Shown here piece after piece: positions 54,032 to 63,126 of a stretch of 64,000 nucleotides of DNA; within the stretch, counting starts at the first letter, position 1, and every line of letters starts with the position of its first letter. The stretch comes from Nannocystaceae bacterium ST9 (GTDB lineage: Bacteria; Myxococcota_A; Polyangia; Nannocystales; Nannocystaceae), in NCBI GenBank assembly GCA_048320885.1, contig JBLWFJ010000001.1:5953697-6017696 (forward strand), read 5' to 3'. Below the pieces are notes generated by a model. That model saw only the letters and a list, made by a program, of their open reading frames with translations, was not told the origin of the DNA and searched no databases. The translations under genes and the position numbers were made by a program.

Positions 54032-54814
54032 ATGAGCAATCGAGATTTTTCGGATCGAGTCGTGGTCGTCACGGGCGCGAGCGGAGGCGTGGGAGCGGCC
54101 ACCGCCGAGGAGCTCGCGCGGCGGGGCGCGTCGCTGGTGTTGGCGGCGCGCCGGGCCGGGCCGCTCGGCGAAGTCGCCGAGCGCTGCGGGAACCAGGCCC
54201 ATGTCGTCGTCGCCGACGTGACGGCGCGGGCCGACGTGCAGCGCATCTTCGACGAGGCGCTGGCGAAGTTCGGCCGCGTCGACGTCTGGATCAACAACGT
54301 GGGTCGAGGCATCGGTCGCGCCCTGCTCGAGATCACCGACGAGGACGTCGACGCGATGATCCGCGACAACATGAAGTCGGCGCTCTACGGCATGCAGGTC
54401 GTGACGCCGCACTTCCAGGCCCGTGGCCGCGGCGCGATCGTCAACGTCTCGTCGCTGCTCGGCCGCACCCCGCTGCCTCCGCGTGCGGCCTACGCCGCGG
54501 CCAAGGCCGCGATGAACTCGCTCTCGGAGGCGTTCCGCATCGAGCTGGCGGCCTCGCACCCCGATGTTCGCGTGGTGGTCGTGTACCCCGGGCGAATCGC
54601 GACCGACTTCGGCCACAACGCGCTGGGCCAACGCATGATCGATGCCGGGACGCTGCCCGCGGAGGTCCTCGCCGCCATCGGTGGCCCGACGCAGACGGCG
54701 GAAGCGGTCGCGCAGGTGATCTGCGACGCGGCCCTGCACGCGCGCGGCGACGTCTACACCCAGCCGAACGCGTTCGCGCGCGTGCTCGACTACATGGCGA
54801 AGCAGCCGGGTTGA
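54032..54814 (+). CDS. SDR-family oxidoreductase.
   Basis: ATG at 54032. VVVTGASGGVG, NNVG, and the YxxxK motif YAAAKAA. Divergent from the AraC gene. Confidence 0.8.
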   Translation: MSNRDFSDRVVVVTGASGGVGAATAEELARRGASLVLAARRAGPLGEVAERCGNQAHVVVADVTARADVQRIFDEALAKFGRVDVWINNVGRGIGRALLEITDEDVDAMIRDNMKSALYGMQVVTPHFQARGRGAIVNVSSLLGRTPLPPRAAYAAAKAAMNSLSEAFRIELAASHPDVRVVVVYPGRIATDFGHNALGQRMIDAGTLPAEVLAAIGGPTQTAEAVAQVICDAALHARGDVYTQPNAFARVLDYMAKQPG

Positions 54815-54822
54815 GGCCGGTC

Positions 54823-55410
54823 TCAGACCCGAAACCGGAGCAGCTTCGCGTTCACGCACAGCTCGAGCCCGAGCTCGGCCAGCGACGCGCCGACCTCGAC
54901 GCGGTGGCGCTCGACGTTGCTGCGGACCTGCCAAGCCAGCGGCGCGGCGGCGTCGGGCGCCGCGTGATAGGCCTCGTCGGCGAACACGTGCTCGGCGATC
55001 AGCCGCAGCGACGAGATCGGCTCGCGCGTGACGTCGGGGCCCGAGCGCTCGGGTCCGGTGTAGAGCGTCCACTCGGCCAAGGGCAGAGGCGCGCGCAGCT
55101 TGGCGGCGTAGCTGCGGCCGGCCTCGAGCTTGCGACAGCGAGGAAAGAGCGGGGCGAAGCTCATGAACGCCGGCCCGTAGTTGGGCGCGTTCGGGACCCC
55201 GAGCAGCATGACGAGCTCGCCCGGCGCCCCGCGGCAGGCCTGGACCAGCTGGTCGCGCGGGATGTCGCTGCGCGCCCCGAGCTGGGCGAACTGATCGTCG
55301 ACCAGGTTGTAGACGTAGAGGTCGCGGGTGTCGGCGTTGGTCAACACGTAGTCGACCTCCAGCCGCTGATCGCGAACACGAATGCCGTCGATGATCAACG
55401 AGACGCTCAT
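54823..55410 (-). CDS. Hypothetical cytoplasmic protein, candidate immunity protein for the upstream PAAR-like toxin.
   Basis: ATG at 55408-55410 overlaps the toxin stop (ATGA). No signal peptide or TM segment. Confidence 0.4.
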   Translation of the reverse strand: MSVSLIIDGIRVRDQRLEVDYVLTNADTRDLYVYNLVDDQFAQLGARSDIPRDQLVQACRGAPGELVMLLGVPNAPNYGPAFMSFAPLFPRCRKLEAGRSYAAKLRAPLPLAEWTLYTGPERSGPDVTREPISSLRLIAEHVFADEAYHAAPDAAAPLAWQVRSNVERHRVEVGASLAELGLELCVNAKLLRFRV

Positions 55411-56945
55411 GGCAATACGCTGTAGTCGGGTCGATGCGGGACCCCGCCGCGCTCCGCTCGGTAGGCGTTCTCGGTCCCGACGGTGTCGAACTCTTCGAGG
55501 TCCTGCCAGCGGTTGGACCAGCCCGGCTGGTCGAGCGCCAGACCGTTGGCTCGCCGACCGAGCGCGTTGTTGCGGGTGTGGTTCATCTCGTGGGCGAGGA
55601 TCACGTCGGAGGGCGTGCCGGCCGAGACGTGGTTGTTGGGGAAGCGACGGGTCGGATCATAGACGATCTGCGAGCTCGATCCGGCCCCGGTCCCGCTCAC
55701 GTGGGCGTTGTTGCCGGGGATGTAGTGGCGATGCCAATTGCCCGCGGCGTCCTGCGTGAAGTGGATGTTCTGGAAGGGCCCGTGCGGATCGGGGACCGTG
55801 CGCAGACCCGAGGCCGGGTAGTTGTCGGCCAGCGCGTAGGGCCCGGTGTAGGGCGGCATGTGGGGCGCCATGTGATCGGGCGAGCGAATCTCGATGTGGT
55901 GGCCCGAGCCGGCGATGTCGTTGAGCATCTTTCGCCCGGTTCGGGTGCGGGCGATCATCTCGAGGTCGCGCCGGGTCGCGCGTTGGAACACGTCGTCGCC
56001 GTGCAGGATGATGCGGTTGCGCGCGATGAGGTCGTCGATGTGCGCGGCTGCCCGTCGCTCGGCTCGCTCGGCCAGCTTGAGCCGCGCGCCGACCACTCGA
56101 CCGAGCCGACCTAGGACCTTGAAGATCGCCTTGAACGCGGCCGCGATCGCCAGGCTGGTCAGCGAGGGCATCGGCACCCCGCCGATCTGCACGTTGCCGG
56201 CCGCGGTCATGGTCGTGCCGACCATCGGGCCCATCGGCGGATCGCTGGGCTTGGGCGACGAGAAGATGCAGTGCTTGGTGATGTCGACCAGCACGCGGCC
56301 CGCTCGCGAGCCCTCGACCCACACCGAGGCGGAGCCCAGGAACACCTCGCAGAGCGGGAAGTAGCCGCCGCACCAGATCAGCACCCCGAAGTCGCCGCAG
56401 CGGGCCGCGGCCGAGCCGGCGATCGTCACTCGCGTCGCGCCCGAGAAGATCGGGATCGGGATCAGCGTGAGCGCGTGCGGGAAGGGGACCGGAGGCGCCG
56501 GCGAGATCAGGTTGGGCGGATGCGCGTGGGCGTGCGGGTAGCCGATCCCGATGTCGCCGATTCGAAGCGCCGGGAACCCGGGGAAGGGGATGGCCGCGAT
56601 CGGAGCCGAGACGGCTTGCTCGACGCTGGTCAGGAAATTGAAGCCCGCGCCGATCGCCGCGAGCACGCCACCACCGCCGCCACCACCACCACCGCCACCA
56701 CCACCACCGCCACTACCGGGCGCGCCGCCACCGGGCGCACCGCCGCCACCGGGCGCACCGCCGCCACCGGGCGCACCACCGCCACCGGGCGCACCGCCAC
56801 CAGCCGCGGGATCGTTGGCCGCGGCTTCGTTCTCGCGGTTGGCAGCCGAAGCCGCGCGAGCCGTGGCCGCTGTCGCTCGACCTGCAGGCGCGGCCAGCCG
56901 CTCGGTGACCTTGCCGGCGCCGTTGATCGCTCCACCCCAACCCAT
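55407..56945 (-). CDS. PAAR-like (DUF4150-like) domain protein with a poly-Gly/GGAPG linker and a C-terminal HExxH zincin-like metallopeptidase toxin-like domain.
   Basis: ATG at 56943-56945 is preceded by GGGGAGGAGG. Three PAAR-like motifs spaced about 45 aa apart: PALRIGD, AAARCGD and SRAGRVLVD. C-terminal ILAHEMNHTRNN (HExxH) with a downstream Glu. Confidence 0.55.
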   Translation of the reverse strand: MGWGGAINGAGKVTERLAAPAGRATAATARAASAANRENEAAANDPAAGGGAPGGGGAPGGGGAPGGGGAPGGGAPGSGGGGGGGGGGGGGGGVLAAIGAGFNFLTSVEQAVSAPIAAIPFPGFPALRIGDIGIGYPHAHAHPPNLISPAPPVPFPHALTLIPIPIFSGATRVTIAGSAAARCGDFGVLIWCGGYFPLCEVFLGSASVWVEGSRAGRVLVDITKHCIFSSPKPSDPPMGPMVGTTMTAAGNVQIGGVPMPSLTSLAIAAAFKAIFKVLGRLGRVVGARLKLAERAERRAAAHIDDLIARNRIILHGDDVFQRATRRDLEMIARTRTGRKMLNDIAGSGHHIEIRSPDHMAPHMPPYTGPYALADNYPASGLRTVPDPHGPFQNIHFTQDAAGNWHRHYIPGNNAHVSGTGAGSSSQIVYDPTRRFPNNHVSAGTPSDVILAHEMNHTRNNALGRRANGLALDQPGWSNRWQDLEEFDTVGTENAYRAERGGVPHRPDYSVLP

Positions 56946-56963
56946 GTCAGCCTCCTCCCCGGA

Positions 56964-58832
56964 TCATGCCGGCAGCTCCGGCACGCCCTCGCAGCCGAGC
57001 TGGCGAGCGCTTCGATGGTAGTGCGTGGCCTTGTCGAGCTGGCCGATCTGCTCGTAGAGCATGGCCATGCGCTCGTGGGTCTCGGCGACGCCTTGCTTGG
57101 CCATGTCTTCGAAGGGCGCTCGCATGGCTCGATAGGTGGCCTCGACCTCGAGCAGCAGGCGCTCGGCCTCGGCCGGATGCTGACCGTGCCGGTAGGCCTC
57201 GGCCATCCAGATGCTGGCGTTGCAGACCCCGAAGGTCTGCCCGACCTTCTGCCAGTAGGTGCGCGCGACCTGATAATTCTCGAGCGCCTGGCCCCACTCG
57301 CGCTCGATGAACCAGGTGTGGCCCAGGCTCATCAGCGCGTTGGCGGCCGCGACCGGGTTGTCGGCGTCGATCGCGATCTCGAGCGCCTCGGCGTAGGCGT
57401 TGCGGGCAGGCGTGAGCGCGCCGCCACGCTGGAGCGCGTTGCCCAGCGACCACCACGAGGCGCTCTGCTGATCGGGGCTGCCCTGGTCGGCGCTGAGATC
57501 GACGCCCTCGGCCAAGAGCTGCACGCCCTCGTCGAGCCGACCCTTGGCCGCCCACATCCCGCCGAGCATCAGCAGGCCCTGGATCCGCAGCGGCGGCGGG
57601 AGATCGGGCAGCTTGAGCGACTTCTCGAGGCTGGCCTCGAGCTGCGGGGCGCCCATCGTGAACTCGTGCTCGATCCAGCGGAAACGGTCGACCTGCGGGG
57701 CGGGCAGCTCGGCGCTCGCGTCGACGTCGAGCACGATCCAGGTCACGCGCGCCGACACGCTGCACGCGGCGAGCTGCGTGACGAAGGTCTGCCACTCGCT
57801 GAGCTCGCCGGTCCGATGCGGACGCAGGACCAGGCACACGTGGGTGTCGCCGAGGGCCTCGAGCGCCTGATCGATCGCGGCGGTGAACGTGGCCTCGGGC
57901 AGGATCACCGCGCGCTCGTCGTAGAGATCGGGCGGCAGCTTCTCGATCGGCTTGCGCTTGAGCTCGGGGATCACGTCGCTGTGGACCAGCCCGTCGCCGG
58001 CCCAGTCGGGCGGCGGTCGCTGGCCGCTGACCAAGCGCTTGTAGATCAGGTCGGCGAACTGCAGGCGGTTGCGAAACTCGGCCTCGAGATAGAACGCGCG
58101 CAGCGGCACGCCCAGCCGCTTGTTGATGTCCCAGAGCAGCTGCCAGAGCACCTCGACCTGATCGATGGGCAGGCGCAGGCCGACGACCCGCTGGCGATCG
58201 TGCTCGATGACCTTGCGCAGCGCCCCGCCCATGTCGCGGGTTCGCGGGGAGAAGTCGTCGAGGATCAAGCGCGCGCGCTGGAGCTCGAGCGCGGGCAGGC
58301 GCGGCTCGATCCGCGAGTCGAGCACGAAGATCTTCAGGCCCGGGTAACGGATCGCCTGCGAGAGTCGAGCGAGCGACTCGACGCAGGCGTCGATCGCGAC
58401 GATCTCGTCGAAGCGAATCGCGATCAGCACGCGATCGTGGAAGCCCCCGAGCCCGCGCGCGAGCCCCTCGAGCAGCTCGGCGAACAGCACCTCGACGCGG
58501 GTCTGCGGGTGGGCGCGGCCGCGGGCCATCGCCTTGGGCAAGACCAGCTCCTCGCCGGCCTCGGCGAACGCGGCCGCGAGCTCGTCGATGACCTCGATCA
58601 GCTGGGCCTCGACCGCGCCGAAGAATTGCTCGGCGTCGACGAAGGGCGCCGAGAGCCCGAACGCGATCTCTTCGCCCTCGGGATCCTTGTCTTGGTTCCA
58701 CAGCGCGATCATCCGGGCCGCGACCATCTCGAGGTCGGGGTCGGTGCGCAGGATCATCAAGGGCAGCGCGGGCTCGGCGATGAACGCCTCGATGAGCCGC
58801 TGATGCGTGGTGATCAACTCGTCGAAGAACAT
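56964..58832 (-). CDS. Hypothetical 622-aa protein with a TPR-like C-terminus, candidate accessory protein for the PAAR-like toxin.
   Basis: ATG at 58830-58832 is preceded by GAGG and lies 8 nt after the upstream stop. It ends 19 nt before the toxin start. Confidence 0.45.
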   Translation of the reverse strand: MFFDELITTHQRLIEAFIAEPALPLMILRTDPDLEMVAARMIALWNQDKDPEGEEIAFGLSAPFVDAEQFFGAVEAQLIEVIDELAAAFAEAGEELVLPKAMARGRAHPQTRVEVLFAELLEGLARGLGGFHDRVLIAIRFDEIVAIDACVESLARLSQAIRYPGLKIFVLDSRIEPRLPALELQRARLILDDFSPRTRDMGGALRKVIEHDRQRVVGLRLPIDQVEVLWQLLWDINKRLGVPLRAFYLEAEFRNRLQFADLIYKRLVSGQRPPPDWAGDGLVHSDVIPELKRKPIEKLPPDLYDERAVILPEATFTAAIDQALEALGDTHVCLVLRPHRTGELSEWQTFVTQLAACSVSARVTWIVLDVDASAELPAPQVDRFRWIEHEFTMGAPQLEASLEKSLKLPDLPPPLRIQGLLMLGGMWAAKGRLDEGVQLLAEGVDLSADQGSPDQQSASWWSLGNALQRGGALTPARNAYAEALEIAIDADNPVAAANALMSLGHTWFIEREWGQALENYQVARTYWQKVGQTFGVCNASIWMAEAYRHGQHPAEAERLLLEVEATYRAMRAPFEDMAKQGVAETHERMAMLYEQIGQLDKATHYHRSARQLGCEGVPELPA

Positions 58833-58839
58833 CGCGGCC

Positions 58840-59268
58840 TCACGAGTTGATCAGCACGCGCTTGCCGTCGATGCTGGTGTCGTTGTCGGCGCGCAGCTCG
58901 AGGTCGCCTCGTTCGGCGCGCAGCTCGATGTGCTGGGCGTGCAGCTCGCTGCTGCCCTCGACCTGCACGCGCTGATCACCGGCGACGCGCTGGTCGAGAT
59001 CGCCGTCGGTCGAGAGGCTGATCCCCGAGCGAGCGTGCACGCGCAGCGTGTCGCAGTCGAAGCTCAAGGGGCCCTCGCTGTAGAGCGAGAGCGCGGCCGC
59101 GCTCAGCTCGACGACCGGACCGGCGGTGGTGAATCGGATCGTCAGCTCGAGGGTGCCTTCGGGGTTGCGCACGAGCATCCGCTCGCTGCGATCGCGCGGC
59201 GTATCGAACTCGATGCGTCGCCCCGACGGCAGGGTGAGGGTGGTTGGCTCGTCGGACATCGCCGGCAT
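58840..59268 (-). CDS. Hypothetical 142-aa beta-rich protein, the first gene of the toxin operon.
   Basis: ATG at 59266-59268. Repetitive L.V.A..G.SL..DGDL..RV.GDQ pattern suggests a beta-solenoid (bactofilin-like). Confidence 0.4.
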   Translation of the reverse strand: MPAMSDEPTTLTLPSGRRIEFDTPRDRSERMLVRNPEGTLELTIRFTTAGPVVELSAAALSLYSEGPLSFDCDTLRVHARSGISLSTDGDLDQRVAGDQRVQVEGSSELHAQHIELRAERGDLELRADNDTSIDGKRVLINS

Positions 59269-59326
59269 GATAGCGACCTGGCGCGCCCGGGTCAGCCTGC
59301 CGCCCGGTCGGGCTCGCAGGGCCGGG

Positions 59327-60511
59327 TCAGTAGAGGAAGGGGATCATCCGAAACTTGGCGATCTTCGAGTATTCGGCCCACAGCTCGCCGTACTTGGCCT
59401 GGCAGCGCTGCTCGTCCCGCCAGGCGCGGTGCGGGAGCAGGACGCAGAGCCACAGGGGCAGCAGGTAGGGGATCAGCGAGTGAAACCCGGTGGTCAACGC
59501 GAACGAGGCGTAGACCATGATCTCGCCCGAGTAATTGATCTTGCGGCCGATCCCCCACCAACCCGAGATCAGCAGGCGACCGCCGAGGGTCTGCGCCGGT
59601 TTGCCCCAGATGATCGATTGGCGATCTTTCTTGAACCGGTTCTTCTGGGCGTTGGACTCGCGGAAGATCCACAGGCCGAGCGTGAACAGGGCCGCGATCG
59701 CCAGCACACCGATCAGCGGCATCGGCTCCGGGTTGGCCAGCAACCACCAGCCGCCGATGCAGTAGAAGAAGGGGACCAAGACCAGGTCGCCCCAGAGCAG
59801 CATGAAGCCGAACTTCTCGGCGATCACGTCCCACATCGACAGGACGTTGTCCTCCTGCCAGTAGTGGGTGAACAGGTAGGCCCACCAGAAGCACTGGTAG
59901 GCCAGCATCTGCGGCGTGATCGATCCGGTCTGCTCGATCTGCGCCCACGCGAACGCGACGTTGAGCACGCCCAGGCCGATCAGCGAGGGCTGGTAGGCGA
60001 ACACCTTGAGGTCGACGCCGAAGAGCGTGGGGTTGAGCTCGACCCCGTACCAGAGCCGCGCCAGCAGGCCGCGCTCGCTGGTCTCGCGATCTTCGCGGCC
60101 CGCGGCCGCGGCCGCGGCCAGCGAGCGCATCCCGGCCCGGTACATCCAGGCCATCCACGCCAGCGTGATCAGGTTGGCCGCGACCACCAGCGACCAGAAC
60201 TCGCGCAGCAGCGGCGTCAGCGAGAGCCCGAACAGCTTGCCGCCGACGAACAGGAACATGTGCGTGGCGACGAAGAGCGCCATGCCGTTGATCACGTAGG
60301 TCTGTCGGCCGCCACCCGGCAGCGGCTGACCGAGCACCTTGCGACCTGGCAGCAGCACCGCGAGCAGGAAGAGCGCGACGACGAAGCCGGCTTCGATCGC
60401 CAGGCCGAAGAGCACGCCCTCGAGGGACACGGGTCGAAGCAGTCCGTCCACGCGCGGATGATGCTGCGCTCGCTCGGCGGACCCAAGCGGGTGGGCCCGT
60501 CCCTGTGACAT
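59327..60511 (-). CDS. Sterol reductase family protein (ERG4/ERG24/DHCR7-like).
   Basis: 394-aa polytopic membrane protein. C-terminal signature GRLLISGWWGIGRKINYSGEIMVY corresponds to LLxSGWWGxxRHxNYxGD. Confidence 0.7.
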   Translation of the reverse strand: MSQGRAHPLGSAERAQHHPRVDGLLRPVSLEGVLFGLAIEAGFVVALFLLAVLLPGRKVLGQPLPGGGRQTYVINGMALFVATHMFLFVGGKLFGLSLTPLLREFWSLVVAANLITLAWMAWMYRAGMRSLAAAAAAGREDRETSERGLLARLWYGVELNPTLFGVDLKVFAYQPSLIGLGVLNVAFAWAQIEQTGSITPQMLAYQCFWWAYLFTHYWQEDNVLSMWDVIAEKFGFMLLWGDLVLVPFFYCIGGWWLLANPEPMPLIGVLAIAALFTLGLWIFRESNAQKNRFKKDRQSIIWGKPAQTLGGRLLISGWWGIGRKINYSGEIMVYASFALTTGFHSLIPYLLPLWLCVLLPHRAWRDEQRCQAKYGELWAEYSKIAKFRMIPFLY

Positions 60512-60586
60512 GGAGCGCGATGGAGCGCGAGCGAAGGTGTGGCGAACCGTGTGGGTTCTCACCGGGTCCTGAGCTACCCTTCGGAC

Positions 60587-62218
60587 ATGACTTCGTCTCG
60601 CGTGCGATGGCTGTGGGCGCCGTTGTTGCTCGGCTGTGGGCCGGGCTTGCCGGGCGGCATCGAGGGGTTCAGCGACGGGTTCGCCGACGAGGTCGGCGAC
60701 GGCGACGGCGACACGGGCACCGGCGACGGCGACGGCGACGGGGACGGCGACACGAGCACGGGCGACGGCGATGGCGACCTCTGCCCGCAAGTCGAGCTGC
60801 CCTCCGACGAGTCGTTCGTGTTCGACGACCTGCTCTCCGCCGACGACCTCAGCACCTTCCTTCCGCTCTGCGTTCCGGTCGACACCGCCGATCGAACCTT
60901 GCTGTGGACGGCGCCGAGCTCCGGACTCTACGAAGTCGCGCTGATCTCCGAAGTCGACGCGTCGGTCGGCGTGCTCGACGGTGCCTGCGGCGGAGCGGCG
61001 CTCGGGTGTGCGCCGGGCTTCGGCGAGCCGATCCAGTTCGATGTCATCGGCGGTCAAGACGTCACCTTCGTGATCGAGAGCGAGCAGACCGGGGCCTTCG
61101 AGTTGATCGTCCAGCGGCTCGAGACGCCGCAGTCGTGTCCGGTCGGCGAGCTCGACGGGACCTCGGACCTTGTCGGTGGCTCGACGCTCGGCGCCGACCT
61201 GCAATTCGGCTCCGACTGCGGCGGCTCGGAGAGCGGCGATCAGGGCTGGCTCTTCGTCCCGCCGGTCGGCGGGACCTACCGCTTCGACACGGCCGGATCG
61301 AACTTCGACACGATCCTCTACGTGCTCGACGACGTGTGCGGCGGCCCGGTGCTCGCCTGCATCGACGACAACCCCTTGAACACGCAGGCGGTGCTCGATG
61401 TCGACTTGCTCGCCGGTCACGCCTACACGATCGTCGTCGACGGCTTCGGCGGGCAGGCCGGCGACTACCAGCTCTCGCTCGAGCTGCTCGACTCTCCGGG
61501 CGGGCTGTGCGAGAGCGCCGAGATCCTGCCCTCGACCCTGCCGGTCCAGCTCGCCTGGCCGGTCGACGTCGACGCCGGCAACCTGTTCGACGGCTGCAGC
61601 GACGCCAGCCACGAGCGGCGCTTCCGCTGGACCGCGCCCGAGGACGCGCTGGTCCGCATCACGCAAGACGCGGGCGGCAACCCTTCGGGCTTGGCCGTGT
61701 TCCCCGAGGGCTGCGCCGAGCTCAATTTCTTCTGCGAGACCATCACGCCTGCGGTCAACCTGCTGGTCAGCGCCGGGCAAGAGCTGCTGATCGTCAGCGA
61801 GTACGAGCCGCTGCAGCCCGGCGAGGTCATCCTCGGCATCGCGCCGATGGGCGTCGTGCCGGGCTGTGGGACGGCGCTGCCCGAGGGCGCGCCGGTCATG
61901 ACCATGGGCACCACCAACGGATCGAACGACGATCACATGGGCTCGTGCGGGTTCAACCCCGCGCCCGAGCGCGAGTTCTGGTGGACCGCGCCCGAGACCG
62001 CCACCTACACGATCAGCACCGCGGGATCGAACTACGACTCGCTGCTCTACGTGCGCGACGGCGGCTGCGAGGGCGCCGAGCTGGCCTGCGACGACGACTT
62101 CGAAGGCTCGCTCGCGGCCCAGCTCGACGTCGACCTCGAGGCCGGGCAGACCATCTCGATCTTCGTCGACGGCTTCAACGGCGCCGGCAGCTTCAACCTC
62201 TCGATCACCGAGAAGTGA
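60587..62218 (+). CDS. Lipoprotein with a (GDGD)n linker and three PPC-like (pre-peptidase C-terminal-like) domains.
   Basis: ATG at 60587. Lipobox LLLGCGPG. Three repeats of the form YRFDTAGSNFDTILYV.DD.CGG..LAC.DDN...QA.LDVDL.AG..Y.IVVDGFGG.AG.Y.LS. Confidence 0.55.
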   Translation: MTSSRVRWLWAPLLLGCGPGLPGGIEGFSDGFADEVGDGDGDTGTGDGDGDGDGDTSTGDGDGDLCPQVELPSDESFVFDDLLSADDLSTFLPLCVPVDTADRTLLWTAPSSGLYEVALISEVDASVGVLDGACGGAALGCAPGFGEPIQFDVIGGQDVTFVIESEQTGAFELIVQRLETPQSCPVGELDGTSDLVGGSTLGADLQFGSDCGGSESGDQGWLFVPPVGGTYRFDTAGSNFDTILYVLDDVCGGPVLACIDDNPLNTQAVLDVDLLAGHAYTIVVDGFGGQAGDYQLSLELLDSPGGLCESAEILPSTLPVQLAWPVDVDAGNLFDGCSDASHERRFRWTAPEDALVRITQDAGGNPSGLAVFPEGCAELNFFCETITPAVNLLVSAGQELLIVSEYEPLQPGEVILGIAPMGVVPGCGTALPEGAPVMTMGTTNGSNDDHMGSCGFNPAPEREFWWTAPETATYTISTAGSNYDSLLYVRDGGCEGAELACDDDFEGSLAAQLDVDLEAGQTISIFVDGFNGAGSFNLSITEK

Positions 62219-63114
62219 TGCCGACCCGAAGCTCGCTCACGCTCGCGCTGGTGCTGCTCGGCTGCACACCAGAGGGGCGCGGGAGCGGAGCCTGTGACTC
62301 GCGTGCGGCCGACGACTTCATCGACGAGCTGCTCGCGATCGACGTCCACGAGCGTCGCCGGTGGATCGAAGCGCAGCTCTCGGCCGGCTCCGCTCCGTGT
62401 CGACCCACGCTGCTCTACGACTACGGCGACCACGACTTCGGGCTGACCGAGGCGGGGAAGGCCGCGTTCGACCGCGCCTGCATCGCCGGCTCCGCGGCGC
62501 TCGAATCGATCGGCCGGGATCCGGATCGGCTCTACGATCGCTGCGGGTTCGCTCGCCTGCGCGTGATGTCGCGCGACGAGTACCGGCAGCAGCCGCGGGC
62601 CGATCCTTTCGACTGGGCGCTCTACCAGTGGTTCGTCGACGAGGGGCTGCGGGCCGACCAGGCTCGAGCCATCGTGCGCGCGTACATGCTGGGCGAGCGC
62701 GAGCGGCTGGTCCGGCGACCGGGCCTGCGTCTGCCTGCGATCGAGGGCGAGGGCGACTTGATCGAGAGCCTGGTCGTCCAGGTTCTGGCCAACGAGATCG
62801 CGGACGCCGACGAGTCGCTGGCTGGCTTCGAAGAGCTGCGCGAGGGCGAGGTTCTTCCCGACCATGCGATCTCGGCCTACGTCGAGCTCCTCGAGGTCCA
62901 CGAGTCCAAAGGCCGAGCGATCCTCGAGTCGAGGGGCGAGGTCTGGACCGGGCGGCTGAGCCTGGCCGTCGACGCTGCGATCCCGCGCTCGGTCCTCGTC
63001 GATCTCGTCGAGATCGCGCGAGGTCACGGCTTCGTGGAGATCGTGCAGATCGTCGAGCCGCGGCCCTTCGACTACGCGATCGTGTGGCTGGTCGGAAGGC
63101 CCCGCGCGCCGTGA
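62218..63114 (+). CDS. Hypothetical lipoprotein.
   Basis: ATG at 62218 overlaps the upstream stop (TGATG). Lipobox LVLLGC. Confidence 0.45.
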   Translation: MPTRSSLTLALVLLGCTPEGRGSGACDSRAADDFIDELLAIDVHERRRWIEAQLSAGSAPCRPTLLYDYGDHDFGLTEAGKAAFDRACIAGSAALESIGRDPDRLYDRCGFARLRVMSRDEYRQQPRADPFDWALYQWFVDEGLRADQARAIVRAYMLGERERLVRRPGLRLPAIEGEGDLIESLVVQVLANEIADADESLAGFEELREGEVLPDHAISAYVELLEVHESKGRAILESRGEVWTGRLSLAVDAAIPRSVLVDLVEIARGHGFVEIVQIVEPRPFDYAIVWLVGRPRAP

Positions 63115-63126
63115 CTCGCCGCCGGC

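Noticed and set aside
56271-58850. 859-aa plus-strand ORF antisense to the 622-aa operon gene and the PAAR-like gene, plus the ORF 56947..58701.
   Set aside because: Arg/Gly-rich, no motifs, overlaps genes with good RBSs on the minus strand.
60511-61936. N-terminal extension of the sterol-reductase ORF (59327..61936) and the upstream part of ORF 60505..63114.
   Set aside because: The extensions are antisense or out of frame with the PPC lipoprotein gene. The reductase membrane core starts at ATG 60511, and the lipoprotein at ATG 62218.
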